Source: Kiritimatiellia bacterium (GTDB lineage: Bacteria; Verrucomicrobiota; Kiritimatiellia; JAAZAB01). From it: a stretch of 64,000 nucleotides of DNA. Of the stretch, positions 1 through 10,626 are shown one piece after another. Within the stretch, counting starts at the first letter, position 1. Each line of letters begins with the position of its first letter. Both the position numbers and the translations under genes were made by a program. The notes beneath the pieces were generated by a model that made no database searches, was not told where the DNA came from, and worked only from the letters and a program-made list of their open reading frames with translations. The stretch is taken from the NCBI GenBank assembly GCA_040767085.1, contig JAXGPF010000004.1, positions 288,001 to 352,000 of the forward strand, read 5' to 3'.

Positions 1-1948
1 AATCCCAGGCCGCGGCGGCGCCGGCGTTAAAATTACGCCGCGGTCCCGCATCCAGCAGCAGCGCGCTTTCGCCGTTCGACCGCCGGAAATTTTCGGCGGA
101 CTCGCCCGGTTTGATTTCGTAAAATTCATTCATCACTCCGCAGGGATAGCCATACCGGTGCCAATGATGATCGTAGGCGCCCAGGTGATCGTAGCCGGAG
201 ACGGTTTGGCACATGCGGGCGGTTTCAAGATTGTATTTGTACAACAGGCGCGCCCAGGCGCACGAGTTGCGGTAATAGCGGGCCGCGCGGCTGAGCAACC
301 CGGCCCGCGCCAGGTAACGGCAGGCCGTAGCGTATAATGCCGTCCCGATCCGCGTGCCGGCATACCGGTTTTCAAGGTCCAAATCCAGGTAGGTGCCGGT
401 AATGCCGATTTCGTGCGCCAGGCAGGGCCGCTGATACGCCTTCAACCGGCGGTCAATGACGCGCCTATCGCCGCGGCTGATGGAATGGGTGTAGCTGAGC
501 ATGCCCCAGCAATAAGGCGCGAATACATCGGCGAATTTTTTCAATTGCGCTAATTTGCCCGGGTGATGCGGATAAGGCCGGGCGACAGCCCCCGGGCCCA
601 AATGCGCCGGATCGCCATATTCCACACCGCGCAGGGCGGATTGGGGATTAAACAGCGCATCCGGCGCCTCCCGCCGCGCAATAACCGCCATCCGCCGCAG
701 CATTTTCAGCCGTGGCGCATCAATGCATTCCTCGTTCCCGCAGGCATACAGGACCACCGCGGGATGGGTGCGGCCGTGGCGCAAAATTCGCCGCCAATCG
801 GCAGCATCGAATCCGTGATACGCCTCAAGTTGTACCAGCATCCCGGCTTCATCCGCCGCCTTCAAGTAAGCCTCCCCCGGGACCCAGGTGTGGAAACGGA
901 TCCAATTATAACCCAATTCCTTTAACTTCCGGCAATTTTCCAGGTAAAAAGCCTGATCCAGCGGCGGCGTGGTTGTCAGCGGAAAATACCCATGCTCGCA
1001 CATGCCGCGCAAATACAACGGCTGGCCGTTCAAAAAGAGTTGATTCCCGCGGCGTTCCAGCAGGCGCAACCCGAATGGCTGTTCGACTTGATCAAGCAGT
1101 TCATTTTCGCGCCATAATTCGCAGATTGCTCGATATAGCCGCGGATCGCGGTCAGACCAGCAGATCACATCCTGGGCGGAGGTCGTCCATCTGGCTGTGC
1201 GTCCACGCGCCAGCGCAGCCCCGTCCAGCACCGTCCGCCCCGAATTCCATTCCGCCAGCCGGTAGCGCGTCTGCAAATTCCGTGCCTCTCCCGCGCCCGC
1301 CACGTCAACCTGCCATTGGATGGCCCGACCGCCGGCCGCCGGTTGCAAGTAAAAGTTTTCCAGCAGCGCCTGCCTTGTGATCTTCAACGTCACCGGGCCG
1401 CAAATCCCGGCGCTGTAACCGGCGTAGCCGCGCAAGTCGCAGCTCTCTTTGTCATGCGCAAGATTTGACACCGCCAGAACCAGGTCATTGGCGCCCGGTT
1501 TTACCCAGGGGTCCAGCCGTACCGTAAACGGCAAGCGATGCGTTGTCTGATGCGCCAGGCAACGGCCGTTCAGCCACACCCAGCCCTCGCCGACAACGCC
1601 GCCCACCGTCAACATCACCCGGCTGTGCCGGTCCAGCCCGTCTATCTTCACTGTCCGCCGGTACCAGCCTGTTCCAAGCAGATATGGCAGGGTCGTATTG
1701 GGTGGATGGGTGCCCATGGGAAACTCCACCGGCCGGTAATCGGGATTAAAACGCGCTTTGCTCCAACTTGTCAGTCTCCGCAACCGGTCGAGATGATCGT
1801 CCCAGTTTCCCGGCGCCGGCATGGCGGCTGCAAATTCCCCGGGCGCGGGCATAATATCCGGCGGGGCCGCGTCCGGCGGCTGGTAAGCGAACGCCCAATC
1901 CCCGCTCAAATCCACCGGCATCGGCAACCCCTTTTGCGCATTAATCAT
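1..1948 (-). CDS. Glycoside hydrolase family 2 protein (3' end runs off the window)
   Basis: Absent from the ORF track because it is open at the edge. Manual translation from ATG 1948: MINAQKGLPMPVDLSGDWAF...GWYRRTV...VWLNG (GH2 sugar-binding domain), then LKELGYNWIRFHTW...AADEAGMLVQLE and HPAVVLYACGNE (TIM barrel, acid/base NE motif). Frame checked at 904 and 7. Confidence 0.9.
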   Translation of the reverse strand, partial: MINAQKGLPMPVDLSGDWAFAYQPPDAAPPDIMPAPGEFAAAMPAPGNWDDHLDRLRRLTSWSKARFNPDYRPVEFPMGTHPPNTTLPYLLGTGWYRRTVKIDGLDRHSRVMLTVGGVVGEGWVWLNGRCLAHQTTHRLPFTVRLDPWVKPGANDLVLAVSNLAHDKESCDLRGYAGYSAGICGPVTLKITRQALLENFYLQPAAGGRAIQWQVDVAGAGEARNLQTRYRLAEWNSGRTVLDGAALARGRTARWTTSAQDVICWSDRDPRLYRAICELWRENELLDQVEQPFGLRLLERRGNQLFLNGQPLYLRGMCEHGYFPLTTTPPLDQAFYLENCRKLKELGYNWIRFHTWVPGEAYLKAADEAGMLVQLEAYHGFDAADWRRILRHGRTHPAVVLYACGNEECIDAPRLKMLRRMAVIARREAPDALFNPQSALRGVEYGDPAHLGPGAVARPYPHHPGKLAQLKKFADVFAPYCWGMLSYTHSISRGDRRVIDRRLKAYQRPCLAHEIGITGTYLDLDLENRYAGTRIGTALYATACRYLARAGLLSRAARYYRNSCAWARLLYKYNLETARMCQTVSGYDHLGAYDHHWHRYGYPCGVMNEFYEIKPGESAENFRRSNGESALLLDAGPRRNFNAGAAAAWD

Positions 1949-2295
1949 AAAACGCTCCATTCCATCCCGGCCTTTTTCCAATATGGCCGGATATCCACCA
2001 CCCTGCCCGTTGCCAGGGCTTCATCGGCGGCGTAAGCGGGCAAACAAGAGTTGATGCCATCGCGCATGCCGGCGCAGGGCGGCGCGCCGTCAACGATCGT
2101 GGCGGCAAACTCCGCGTGCATGATGCGGGCGCCCCCGGCATGGCCTCCGACGTGATCACACGCGCCTTCAGCCCGGTAGTAATGGAGTTTGCGGAAATGC
2201 GGCGAACAACGCATGACCATGCCGAGGGCGAATTTCATGCCCGTGGCCCGCTGCGCCTTTTGCATGCCCAGGAATTTATATTCAGTATGGCACAA
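1945..2295 (-). pseudogene. Gfo/Idh/MocA oxidoreductase remnant (internally deleted)
   Basis: 116 aa. ATGMKFALGMVMRCSPHFRKL resembles the end of the N-terminal domain and GGHAGG...DGINSCLPAYAADEALATGRVV resembles the C-terminal helix. The Rossmann motif and the middle are missing. Stop overlaps the GH2 start (ATGA). Confidence 0.55.
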
Positions 2296-2461
2296 ACAGT
2301 TTGATCAGAAAACAGCTAATTATCCATAATTTTTGGCAATCTGTCCCAGGGGTAGACAATGCTGGAATACGGTCAAAATCCGGGGTGCGGCAGCGCGACA
2401 CAGTCCGGAATGCAATTTTGGACTGCGGTGGCTCGACACCGCTTTGCTGCATGCGGCCGGA

Positions 2462-3646
2462 TCAGATTTCCACAATCTTCTGATACTTGGTGGAAAACAC
2501 TTCCACCCCGCCGGCCTTGATGCGGGCGCCGGTCTCCCAACGCAGACCGTATGTCTTCGCGGCCAGAAATGTGTCCACCTGGAAGGTCATGTTGGCGCGC
2601 AGCGGGTATTCCGAAGTGGTTTCCATCCAGGGGCGTTCGACTTCAATCATGCCCAGGCCGTGGCACGGCCCATACAGCAGGTTCCGGCCATAGCCGCGTT
2701 TCTTGACGAAGTCGAAAAACTTGCAGGCCACCTGCCCTGCCGGCACGCCGGCCTTCATCCAACTGATGGTCTTGAGATGCGCTTCCAAGCCGAACTTCAC
2801 CAAATCCTTCATCTTGGCGTCCATCTTGCCCATGCAGATCGGCAGGCCAATGCTGGGCGAATAGCCGTTAAACCGCGCGCCGATATTCAATTGCACCAGT
2901 TCCCCCGCCTTGATCACCCGGTGGCCAGGCCGGCCGATGGCGTGCGTGCTGTTGATCCCGGCCAGCACGTAGGTCGGATGCGCTTCGTATTCCGCGCCGG
3001 CATGGTAAAATGCCTGCTGCGCGATGCCTACCACCTGCAGCTCAGTCATGCCGGGCTTGATGTTGTTCAACACCGCTTCCACGGCCGCCTCGGAAATCTT
3101 GAAGGCCTGGCGCAGCATGGCAATTTCCGCATCGCTCTTGATCATGCGCATCTCGAACATCAACTCGTCGGCCTTGACGATTTTAGCGTCGGGCAGGGCG
3201 GCTTTGATTGCCTCAAAAATCGTGATCGGCATGGCAGGATACCCGGCGATGCCCAGTTTGCGCACGCCTTTCCCGCCGTTGGCCTTGCGGAAAATTTCCT
3301 CAAAGCTGTCCAGCTTGATCCCTGGATAATTCGGTTCCGCCGATTCGCGGTAATATAGAATCTTGCGGATGTCGCCGATGACGCTGTGATCGCGGGCAAA
3401 GGTTTCGCTTTCCGGGCCGATGATCAGCAACGGCCGGCCGGTCGCCGGCAGAAACACCCCCGCCGACTCGAAAAGCGGCCAGTAATTGGAGAGATAACGC
3501 ACGTTGGCGAAATCCGCCTCGTTGCTGTGGACCAGCAAGGCATCCAGGCCCCGCGCCCGGATTTTGCGCTGCAACCGGGCGTAGCGATTGCGGTACTCGC
3601 TCATCGGAAATTGTTTCAATACCTTCGTTTTTTTCGCTCTGGCCAT
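2462..3646 (-). CDS. M24 family (Xaa-Pro aminopeptidase/creatinase-like) protein
   Basis: Creatinase-type N-domain (LDALLV...NVRYLSNY), RMIKSDAEI, HGLG and LRWE motifs. Start chosen at ATG 3646 after AGAAAGGGAAA. Confidence 0.88.
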   Translation of the reverse strand: MARAKKTKVLKQFPMSEYRNRYARLQRKIRARGLDALLVHSNEADFANVRYLSNYWPLFESAGVFLPATGRPLLIIGPESETFARDHSVIGDIRKILYYRESAEPNYPGIKLDSFEEIFRKANGGKGVRKLGIAGYPAMPITIFEAIKAALPDAKIVKADELMFEMRMIKSDAEIAMLRQAFKISEAAVEAVLNNIKPGMTELQVVGIAQQAFYHAGAEYEAHPTYVLAGINSTHAIGRPGHRVIKAGELVQLNIGARFNGYSPSIGLPICMGKMDAKMKDLVKFGLEAHLKTISWMKAGVPAGQVACKFFDFVKKRGYGRNLLYGPCHGLGMIEVERPWMETTSEYPLRANMTFQVDTFLAAKTYGLRWETGARIKAGGVEVFSTKYQKIVEI

Positions 3647-3844
3647 GACTTTCCCTTTCTTGCGTAATGCCGGCAATCATACCCGATAAAACACATTTAT
3701 CATACGGAACACTGCTCGATTATGCAAGTCATTATTTCCCTCTCCAGATACTGCTTGTAATTTTTTTTTATTTTTGCACAATGCCGGCATTTGACCCCGG
3801 CGGCGCAACCGGCGCGCCGGCGGGCCATCCGGAAGGCGCAGCAC

Positions 3845-5677
3845 ATGGCGAAAAAAACCAAACCGGCACAGCATGTTTACGACGAGAGCAAGGTTAAAAC
3901 GCTTTCCTCGCTCGAACACATCCGCCTGCGCACCGGAATGTATATCGGCCGCACCGGCGATGGCAGCCACTACGAAGACGGCATTTACATCCTGCTCAAG
4001 GAAGTGCTGGATAACGCCGTGGACGAGTTCATCATGGGCCATGGCCGGAAAATCGACATCGCCGTCGAAAACGGCCGCGTTCGCGTCCGCGATTACGGCC
4101 GGGGCATCCCGCTGGGCAAGGTGGTGGAATGCGTTTCGCGCATCAATACCGGCGCGAAGTACAACGACGATGTGTTCCAGTTCAGCGTCGGCCTGAACGG
4201 CGTCGGCACCAAAGCCGTCAACGCCCTCTCCGCCGAATTCTTCGTGCGCAGCCACCGCGACGGCAAATTCGCCGAGGCGCGTTTCGCAAGCGGCCGGCTG
4301 GTTGCGCGGAAAGAAGGGAAAAACGCCGCCGAAGCCGATGGCACGCTGATTGAATTCGCGCCCGACCCCAAAATCTTTGCGGCTTACGCCTTCCAGGAGG
4401 AGCACCTGCTGCGGCGGCTGCGGTTTTACGCCTACCTGAATGCCGGGTTGATCCTCCATTACAACGGCCAGACCGTCGTGGCCCAGGACGGCCTGCTGGA
4501 CCTGATTCGGCAGGAAAGCCACTTCGAAAAAATCTACCCGCCGCTCCATTGCCGCGCCCAGAACCTGGAAATGGCGTTCACCCACACCAACCGGTTCGAC
4601 GAACAGTTTTACTCGTTCGTCAACGGCCAGTTCACAACCGACGGCGGCACGCACCTGAGCGCCTTCAAGGAAGGCCTGCTGAAGGGCATCAACGAATACT
4701 CCAAGCAGCATTTCACCAGCGACGATATCCGCGAAGGCATCGTGGCGGCCATTGCCATCCGCGTCAAGGATCCGGTTTTCGAATCGCAGACGAAACACAA
4801 ACTCGGCAACACCGAAATCCGCGCCCCGCTCGTGGCGCAGGTCCGCGACCTGGCGGCCGACCTGCTGCACCGCAACGCCGGCCATGCGGAAAAACTCCTC
4901 GCCAAGCTCGCGGAAACCCGCAAACTGCGGGAAGAACTGCTGAATGTAAAAAAAATGGCGCGGGAACGCTCGAAAGCCGTTTCCATCCGCATTCCGCAGC
5001 TCCGCGACTGCAAGCTGCATTACAACCGGAAAAAGCAAACCGGACTCGACTCGACCATCTTCATCACCGAAGGCCAGTCGGCGGCCGGCTCGATCGTAAG
5101 CTGCCGCGATGCCGCCCGCCAGGCTATTTTCACCCTGCGCGGCAAACCGCTGAACGTCTGCAACCTGAACCGCGACGCGCTTTACAAGAACACTGAAATG
5201 TACAACCTGATGTGCAGCCTGGACATCGAGGAATCCGTGGACAACCTGCGTTACGCGCGGGTGGTGATGGCCACGGACGCCGATGTGGACGGCTTGCACA
5301 TCCGCAATCTCCTGATCACTTTCTTCCAGCGCTTTTTCGTCCGCTTGCTGGAGGAAGAACATCTGTACATTCTCGAAACACCGCTCTTCCGCGTGCGCGA
5401 CAAGCGCCAGACCATGTACTGCTATTCCGAGGCCGAGCGCCAAGCGGCCCTGGGCCAGCTGGGCCGTTCCGCGGAAATCACGCGGTTCAAGGGCCTGGGC
5501 GAAATTTCGCCGGCCGAATTCAAGGACTTCATCGGACCGGATATCCGCCTGACGCCGGTGCCCGCCGGCAACCAGGACACCCTCGATGAAATCATTGAAT
5601 TCTACATGGGCAACAATACCCAGGAGCGGCGCGATTATATCATGCGGAACCTGACCATTGACCGGGAGGCGGTGTAG
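3845..5677 (+). CDS. parE: DNA topoisomerase IV subunit B
   Basis: EHIRLRTGMYIG, EVLDNAVDE, DYGRGIP (GHKL ATPase); TEGQSA, LRGKPLN, TDADVDG (Toprim); TRFKGLGEI. Confidence 0.92.
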   Translation: MAKKTKPAQHVYDESKVKTLSSLEHIRLRTGMYIGRTGDGSHYEDGIYILLKEVLDNAVDEFIMGHGRKIDIAVENGRVRVRDYGRGIPLGKVVECVSRINTGAKYNDDVFQFSVGLNGVGTKAVNALSAEFFVRSHRDGKFAEARFASGRLVARKEGKNAAEADGTLIEFAPDPKIFAAYAFQEEHLLRRLRFYAYLNAGLILHYNGQTVVAQDGLLDLIRQESHFEKIYPPLHCRAQNLEMAFTHTNRFDEQFYSFVNGQFTTDGGTHLSAFKEGLLKGINEYSKQHFTSDDIREGIVAAIAIRVKDPVFESQTKHKLGNTEIRAPLVAQVRDLAADLLHRNAGHAEKLLAKLAETRKLREELLNVKKMARERSKAVSIRIPQLRDCKLHYNRKKQTGLDSTIFITEGQSAAGSIVSCRDAARQAIFTLRGKPLNVCNLNRDALYKNTEMYNLMCSLDIEESVDNLRYARVVMATDADVDGLHIRNLLITFFQRFFVRLLEEEHLYILETPLFRVRDKRQTMYCYSEAERQAALGQLGRSAEITRFKGLGEISPAEFKDFIGPDIRLTPVPAGNQDTLDEIIEFYMGNNTQERRDYIMRNLTIDREAV

Positions 5678-5683
5678 CGTCCG

Positions 5684-7762
5684 ATGAAAAAACCTCCCGA
5701 CCAGCCGGAATTGAATTTCACCGGCAGCCCGCCTGCCCCCGCGCAGGATAACACTCCTCCGGCGTCCCGGAAACCTCCAGCCCCGCCGGCGGATCCCGGA
5801 CCGGCCGCCTTGCACACCCCTTCCGGCCGGACCGCTTTCCAGCGCCTGGTGGACGGCAATTTCCTGCAGTACGCCTCCTACGTGATCTGCGACCGCGCCA
5901 TTCCCTGCGTGGAAGACGGGTTGAAGCCCGTCCAGCGCAGGATTCTGCATTCCCTGCATGAAAAAGACGACGGCCGGTTCATCAAGGTCGCCAACGTCGT
6001 GGGCCACACCATGCAATACCACCCGCACGGCGACGCTTCCATCACCGACGCCCTGGTGGCCATCGTCAACCGGGGCTACCTGATCGAAGGCCAGGGTAAT
6101 TTCGGCAATATCCATACCGGCGACGGCGCCGCCGCCCCGCGCTACATCGAATGCCGCCTGACGCCGCTCGCCCGCGCGGAGCTGTTCAACGACGCCATCA
6201 CCGATTATACCCCCAGCTACGACGGCCGCAACAAGGAACCGCTGCTGTTACCAGTCAAACTGCCCCTGCTGCTCATGCTGGGCGCCGAGGGCATCGCCGT
6301 CGGCCTTTCCACACGCATCCTGCCCCACAATTTTATCGAACTGCTGGAAGCCCAGATCGCCGTGCTGAAACGCAAACCGTTCCGGCTGCTCCCCGATTTC
6401 CAGCAGGGCGGCCTGATGGACGTCGCCGCCTACGACAAGGGCAACGGCAAGGTCCGCGTGCGCGCCGCCATCCAGCCCCGCCCCCCCGGCAAACTCGCGG
6501 TCACGGAACTGCCCTTCGGCGTCACCACCGAGTCGCTGATCGCCTCCATCGAAGATGCCGTGCGGCGCCAGAAAGTTCCCGTGAAGGCGATCACCGATTT
6601 CACTTCCGAGAAGGTCGAAATCGAACTGGCGCTGAAGCCGGACGCCGATCCGGAAAAAGCCATGGCGGCGCTCTACGCCTTCACCGCCTGCGAGACGGCC
6701 ATCAGCTGCCGCGCCATCGTCCTGTGCGACAACCGGCCGGTGGAAACCGACGTGGACGCCATCATCGCGGAAAACACCGCCCGCCTGCTGCGCACCCTGC
6801 AACGCGAACTGGAACTGAAGCAGCATAATCTCCAGGAAGAATGCCATGCCAAAACCCTGGCGCAGATATTTATCGAGCATCGGCTGTACAAAGCCATCGA
6901 AGCCTGCAAAACCGCCGCCGCGGTGGAGCAGGCCGTTGTCACCGGGCTGGCGCCGTTCCGCCGGCAATTGCGCCGCGATATCACCCCGGCCGACATCGAG
7001 ATGCTCCTGGGCATCCGCATCCGCCGCATCTCCCTCTTCGATATTAATAAAAACCGCAAGGACATCGAAGCCATCCTCCAGGAATTGAAGCAGGTGGCCA
7101 AAAACCTCGCCAGTTTGAAAGCCTATGCCATCCGCTATTTGTCCGACCTGATCAAGCAGCAGGGCGCGGCCTGCCAGCGCCGGACCCGGATCGCCGATTT
7201 TGGCGAAATCGCCGTGCGGGAATTAACCGCGCGGGAACTGGAAGTTTTCCACGACCGGGAAAACGGTTACATCGGCAGCGGGGTGAAAGGCGAATCGGTC
7301 CTGCATTGTTCGCCGTACGACAAGCTGATCCTGGCCTGGGATGACGGCCGTTATAAGGCGGCGCCGCCGCCGGAAAAACTTTTTGTCGGCAAAAACCTGG
7401 CCTACCTGGCGCAATATGACCGCAACCGGCTGATGACCATCGTGTACACCGTGGACCACTTTGCCTATGTCAAACGCTTCGCTTACGGGGGCGTGATCAT
7501 GGAGAAGGAATACCGGTGCGCGCCGGAAGGCGCCCGGATCCTGCTCCTGACCGATCAACCGGTGAAGGAAGTGTACGTCAAGTACGCCCCCGCCAAGGGT
7601 CAGAAAATCCATCAGCAGGTATTCCGGCTCGATCAGATCGCCGTCAAGGGCGTCAAGGCCCAGGGCAACCGGATGACCGCCAAGACCATCGCCCGCCTGG
7701 CCACGGATAAACCGCGCTGGTGGGACGAAACCCAGGCCGCCCCCGCCGGCGTGCTGCTTTAA
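5684..7762 (+). CDS. parC: DNA topoisomerase IV subunit A
   Basis: DRAIP..EDGLKPVQRRIL, YHPHGD, GQGNFG, catalytic AAAPRYIE; no GyrA box seen; directly downstream of parE. Confidence 0.9.
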   Translation: MKKPPDQPELNFTGSPPAPAQDNTPPASRKPPAPPADPGPAALHTPSGRTAFQRLVDGNFLQYASYVICDRAIPCVEDGLKPVQRRILHSLHEKDDGRFIKVANVVGHTMQYHPHGDASITDALVAIVNRGYLIEGQGNFGNIHTGDGAAAPRYIECRLTPLARAELFNDAITDYTPSYDGRNKEPLLLPVKLPLLLMLGAEGIAVGLSTRILPHNFIELLEAQIAVLKRKPFRLLPDFQQGGLMDVAAYDKGNGKVRVRAAIQPRPPGKLAVTELPFGVTTESLIASIEDAVRRQKVPVKAITDFTSEKVEIELALKPDADPEKAMAALYAFTACETAISCRAIVLCDNRPVETDVDAIIAENTARLLRTLQRELELKQHNLQEECHAKTLAQIFIEHRLYKAIEACKTAAAVEQAVVTGLAPFRRQLRRDITPADIEMLLGIRIRRISLFDINKNRKDIEAILQELKQVAKNLASLKAYAIRYLSDLIKQQGAACQRRTRIADFGEIAVRELTARELEVFHDRENGYIGSGVKGESVLHCSPYDKLILAWDDGRYKAAPPPEKLFVGKNLAYLAQYDRNRLMTIVYTVDHFAYVKRFAYGGVIMEKEYRCAPEGARILLLTDQPVKEVYVKYAPAKGQKIHQQVFRLDQIAVKGVKAQGNRMTAKTIARLATDKPRWWDETQAAPAGVLL

Positions 7763-9411
7763 CGCGCCGCCGCCGGGCCGGCGTCCGGCGCGGCATCGGC
7801 CGCGGCCGCCGGCGGAGCCGGCCGCGGTGCAACCGGCGGCGCCGCCGCGAAATTCAGCCAGCCGATGGTGTGCAGGAAGGCGATCAACACCGCCGCCGGA
7901 CTCACAAACCGGATAAAAATCCCCCAGAGCGTCAGCGGCGTGATCAAGCCCCGGTCGCCCGGCTCATTCAGGCCGGCCAGCAGTTGCACCATGGAGGCGT
8001 CCGCGTAATCCCCGCCGCCCTGCCGGATTTCCGCGGCGGCCCGGCGGGCGCTCCAGATCCAGCCGACGAAGATCGTGATGAAAAATCCGCCCAACGGCAG
8101 CATCCAATTGGAGGCGGTGTGATCCAGCATGTCGAAAAACGAGCCTTTAACCGAGCCGAACACTTGCAACAGCACCATGTGCAGCCATGCCAGGCGCGCC
8201 CAATCGTTCAGGCTGATGGCGCACAGGCAACCCAGGCCGAAAATGCCGGCCCCCAGCAGCATGACGGCGCGCGGGCGCGTCCAGCCCCGTTCGTCTACAA
8301 AATAAGCCGTCACCACTTCCAGCAGGCTGACACCGGAAGTCAGGGCCGCCACCGCCAGCAGCAGGAAAAACAGTACCGCCCAGAATGCGCCCAACGGCAC
8401 ATGGAAAAACACCGCCGGGATGACCTTGAAAACCAGGCCCGTGCCGGCATCGGGACTGAACCCCTGGGCGAAGACCGCGGGAAAAATAGCCAGCCCGGCC
8501 AGCAACGCCACCGCCGTATCCAGGATCACCACCGACAGGCCCGCGGCAAAGAGGTTCTGCTGCTTTCCCAGGTAACTGCCATAGGTGATGATCGCGCCCA
8601 TGCCCAGGCTGAGCGAAAAAAAGGCATGGCCCAGGGCAATCAGCACGCTCTGGGCGGTGATCCGGCTGAAATCGGGGTTGAGGTAGAATTGCACGCCGGC
8701 GCGGGCGCCGGGCAGCGTTAATCCGCGCAGGATCAGCACCAGCAGCAGCACAAACAGCAACGGCATCAGGATTTTCGACCAACGCTCAATGCCGGCCCGC
8801 ACGCCTTTGTAAACAATGCCGATGCAAAGCGCCATGAATACCGCATGGCAGCCGATCGCCCAGGCTGGATGCCCGGCAAAACTGCCGAAGGCGGCGTCCG
8901 CCGCGGCGACATCCTCGAAATTCAGCCGGCCGGCCGCCGCCAGCACTATGTACCCGATGGTCCAGCCTCCGACGACGCTGTAAAAAGCCAGGATTATGAA
9001 CCCGGCGACCACGCCCATGACACCCACCATGATCCAGCGCCATCGGAATATCGCCATCCCCAGGAACAACGCCACGACTCCCCAACCCCACCATTGGAAA
9101 GCCAGCAGAAACAAGCCGCCGATGCAGATGGCCCCGCCCACCCCATGCGCCACGCGGCAGGAGCGGGGATTCAGCATCTTGAAGGCCCCGACCGGGTTGC
9201 GCTGGGTGTGCCGCCCCAGCGCCATTTCGCAGAGCATGACCGGCAGGCCGATCGTGGCAATGCAAAGCAGGTAAATCAACACGAAAGCGCCGCCGCCGTT
9301 TTCCCCGGTAATGTACGGGAATTTCCAGATATTGCCCAAACCGATCGCCGACCCGGCGGCGGCCATGATAAAGCCCCAACTGCCGCTCCAATGTTCGCGC
9401 GCGTTTGCCAT
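7759..9411 (-). CDS. Sodium-dependent transporter, NSS/SNF family
   Basis: REHWSG.WGFIMAAAGSAIGLGNIWKFPY..GENGGGAF and AFFSLSLGMG.IITYGSY motifs; many TM segments; GGAGG upstream of ATG 9411. Confidence 0.93.
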   Translation of the reverse strand: MANAREHWSGSWGFIMAAAGSAIGLGNIWKFPYITGENGGGAFVLIYLLCIATIGLPVMLCEMALGRHTQRNPVGAFKMLNPRSCRVAHGVGGAICIGGLFLLAFQWWGWGVVALFLGMAIFRWRWIMVGVMGVVAGFIILAFYSVVGGWTIGYIVLAAAGRLNFEDVAAADAAFGSFAGHPAWAIGCHAVFMALCIGIVYKGVRAGIERWSKILMPLLFVLLLVLILRGLTLPGARAGVQFYLNPDFSRITAQSVLIALGHAFFSLSLGMGAIITYGSYLGKQQNLFAAGLSVVILDTAVALLAGLAIFPAVFAQGFSPDAGTGLVFKVIPAVFFHVPLGAFWAVLFFLLLAVAALTSGVSLLEVVTAYFVDERGWTRPRAVMLLGAGIFGLGCLCAISLNDWARLAWLHMVLLQVFGSVKGSFFDMLDHTASNWMLPLGGFFITIFVGWIWSARRAAAEIRQGGGDYADASMVQLLAGLNEPGDRGLITPLTLWGIFIRFVSPAAVLIAFLHTIGWLNFAAAPPVAPRPAPPAAAADAAPDAGPAAAR

Positions 9412-9701
9412 AATTCGCCTGCCCCTCCAAAAACTGACCATGGTTCGTTTTAACCTAACGCGGCCGCCGGCGCGGCCGGGCCGCAAGCTCCTCAATGATG
9501 CCGCATGTAAATAATATACAACTCCCGCGGCAATGCAATTCTTGAAATCATATTTTTGCCGGCCAGCTTCCGGATACGCGGCAATCATCCAAAAACACAT
9601 AACCAGGCGGAAGCAGCTTGACTATGCCGGTCAAGTATTTCACAATCATACGCATGAATTTTCGGCAAGCTTTTCGCAGTCCTCTCCACCAGGAAAACAA
9701 C

Positions 9702-10616
9702 ATGCCCGCCACATCCAAAATCAACCTCACCGTCGTCGGCTCGCTCGCCCTGGATACCGTCGCCACTCCCACCGCCACCCGGCAGGATGTGCTGGGCGGC
9801 TCGGTAAGCTACGCCTGCGCCGCCGCCGCGCTGTTCACCCAGGCCGGCATGGTGGGCGTGGCAGGATCGGATTTCCCCACGCGCTATCGCCTGGCGCTCC
9901 AGCGGCGCGGGATTGACCTGGCCGGGCTTCAGCAAATCCCCGGGAAAACTTTTCGCTGGAGCGGCGCATACGAGGCGGACTTGAACAACCGCCGCACCCT
10001 CGCCACGCACCTGAACGTCTTCGCCGATTTCAACCCCCAACTCCCGGTCGCCTACCGCCGCTGCCGCGTGCTCTTCCTGGCCAATATCCACCCCGAACTC
10101 CAATTGCACGTGCTGTCGCAGGCGCAGCGGCCGGCGCTGGTGGCGGCGGATACGATGGATTTCTGGATCAACACCGCCCGGCGCAACCTGGTGCGCCTGA
10201 TCGCCAGGGTGGATATGCTCCTGATTAACGACGCCGAATCCCGCGCCCTGACTGGCGCGCGCAGCCTGGCGGATGCCGCCCGCAAAATCAGCGCCCTGGG
10301 ACCACGCTACGTCCTCATCAAGCAGGGCGAAAATGGATGCATGCTGTGGACGGCAGCCGGCATTCTGCTCCTGCCGGCCTACCCGCTGGCCAAAATCGTG
10401 GATACCACCGGCGCCGGAGATTCATTCGCCGGCGGCATGCTGGGGTATCTCGCGGCCTGCCCGCGGATCAATGCCGCCGCGGTGCGCGCCGCCATGCTGT
10501 ACGGCACCATCGCCGCTTCGTTCGCCGTGGAGTCATTCAGTATTGACCGGCTGGCCGGGTTGACCCGCCGGGAATTCAACCGGCGGCTGGCGGATTTTAA
10601 AAAAATGCTGGCGTAA
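9702..10616 (+). CDS. PfkB family carbohydrate/nucleoside kinase
   Basis: VVGSLALD, LGGS, INDAE and DTTGAGDSFAGG PfkB signature; AGGA RBS before ATG 9702. Confidence 0.92.
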   Translation: MPATSKINLTVVGSLALDTVATPTATRQDVLGGSVSYACAAAALFTQAGMVGVAGSDFPTRYRLALQRRGIDLAGLQQIPGKTFRWSGAYEADLNNRRTLATHLNVFADFNPQLPVAYRRCRVLFLANIHPELQLHVLSQAQRPALVAADTMDFWINTARRNLVRLIARVDMLLINDAESRALTGARSLADAARKISALGPRYVLIKQGENGCMLWTAAGILLLPAYPLAKIVDTTGAGDSFAGGMLGYLAACPRINAAAVRAAMLYGTIAASFAVESFSIDRLAGLTRREFNRRLADFKKMLA

Positions 10617-10626
10617 AGGAGCTAAC

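Noticed and set aside
3677-6115. 812-aa antisense ORF, and many similar overlapping ORFs throughout the track
   Set aside because: Shadow frames of well-supported genes in high-GC DNA; no family motifs.
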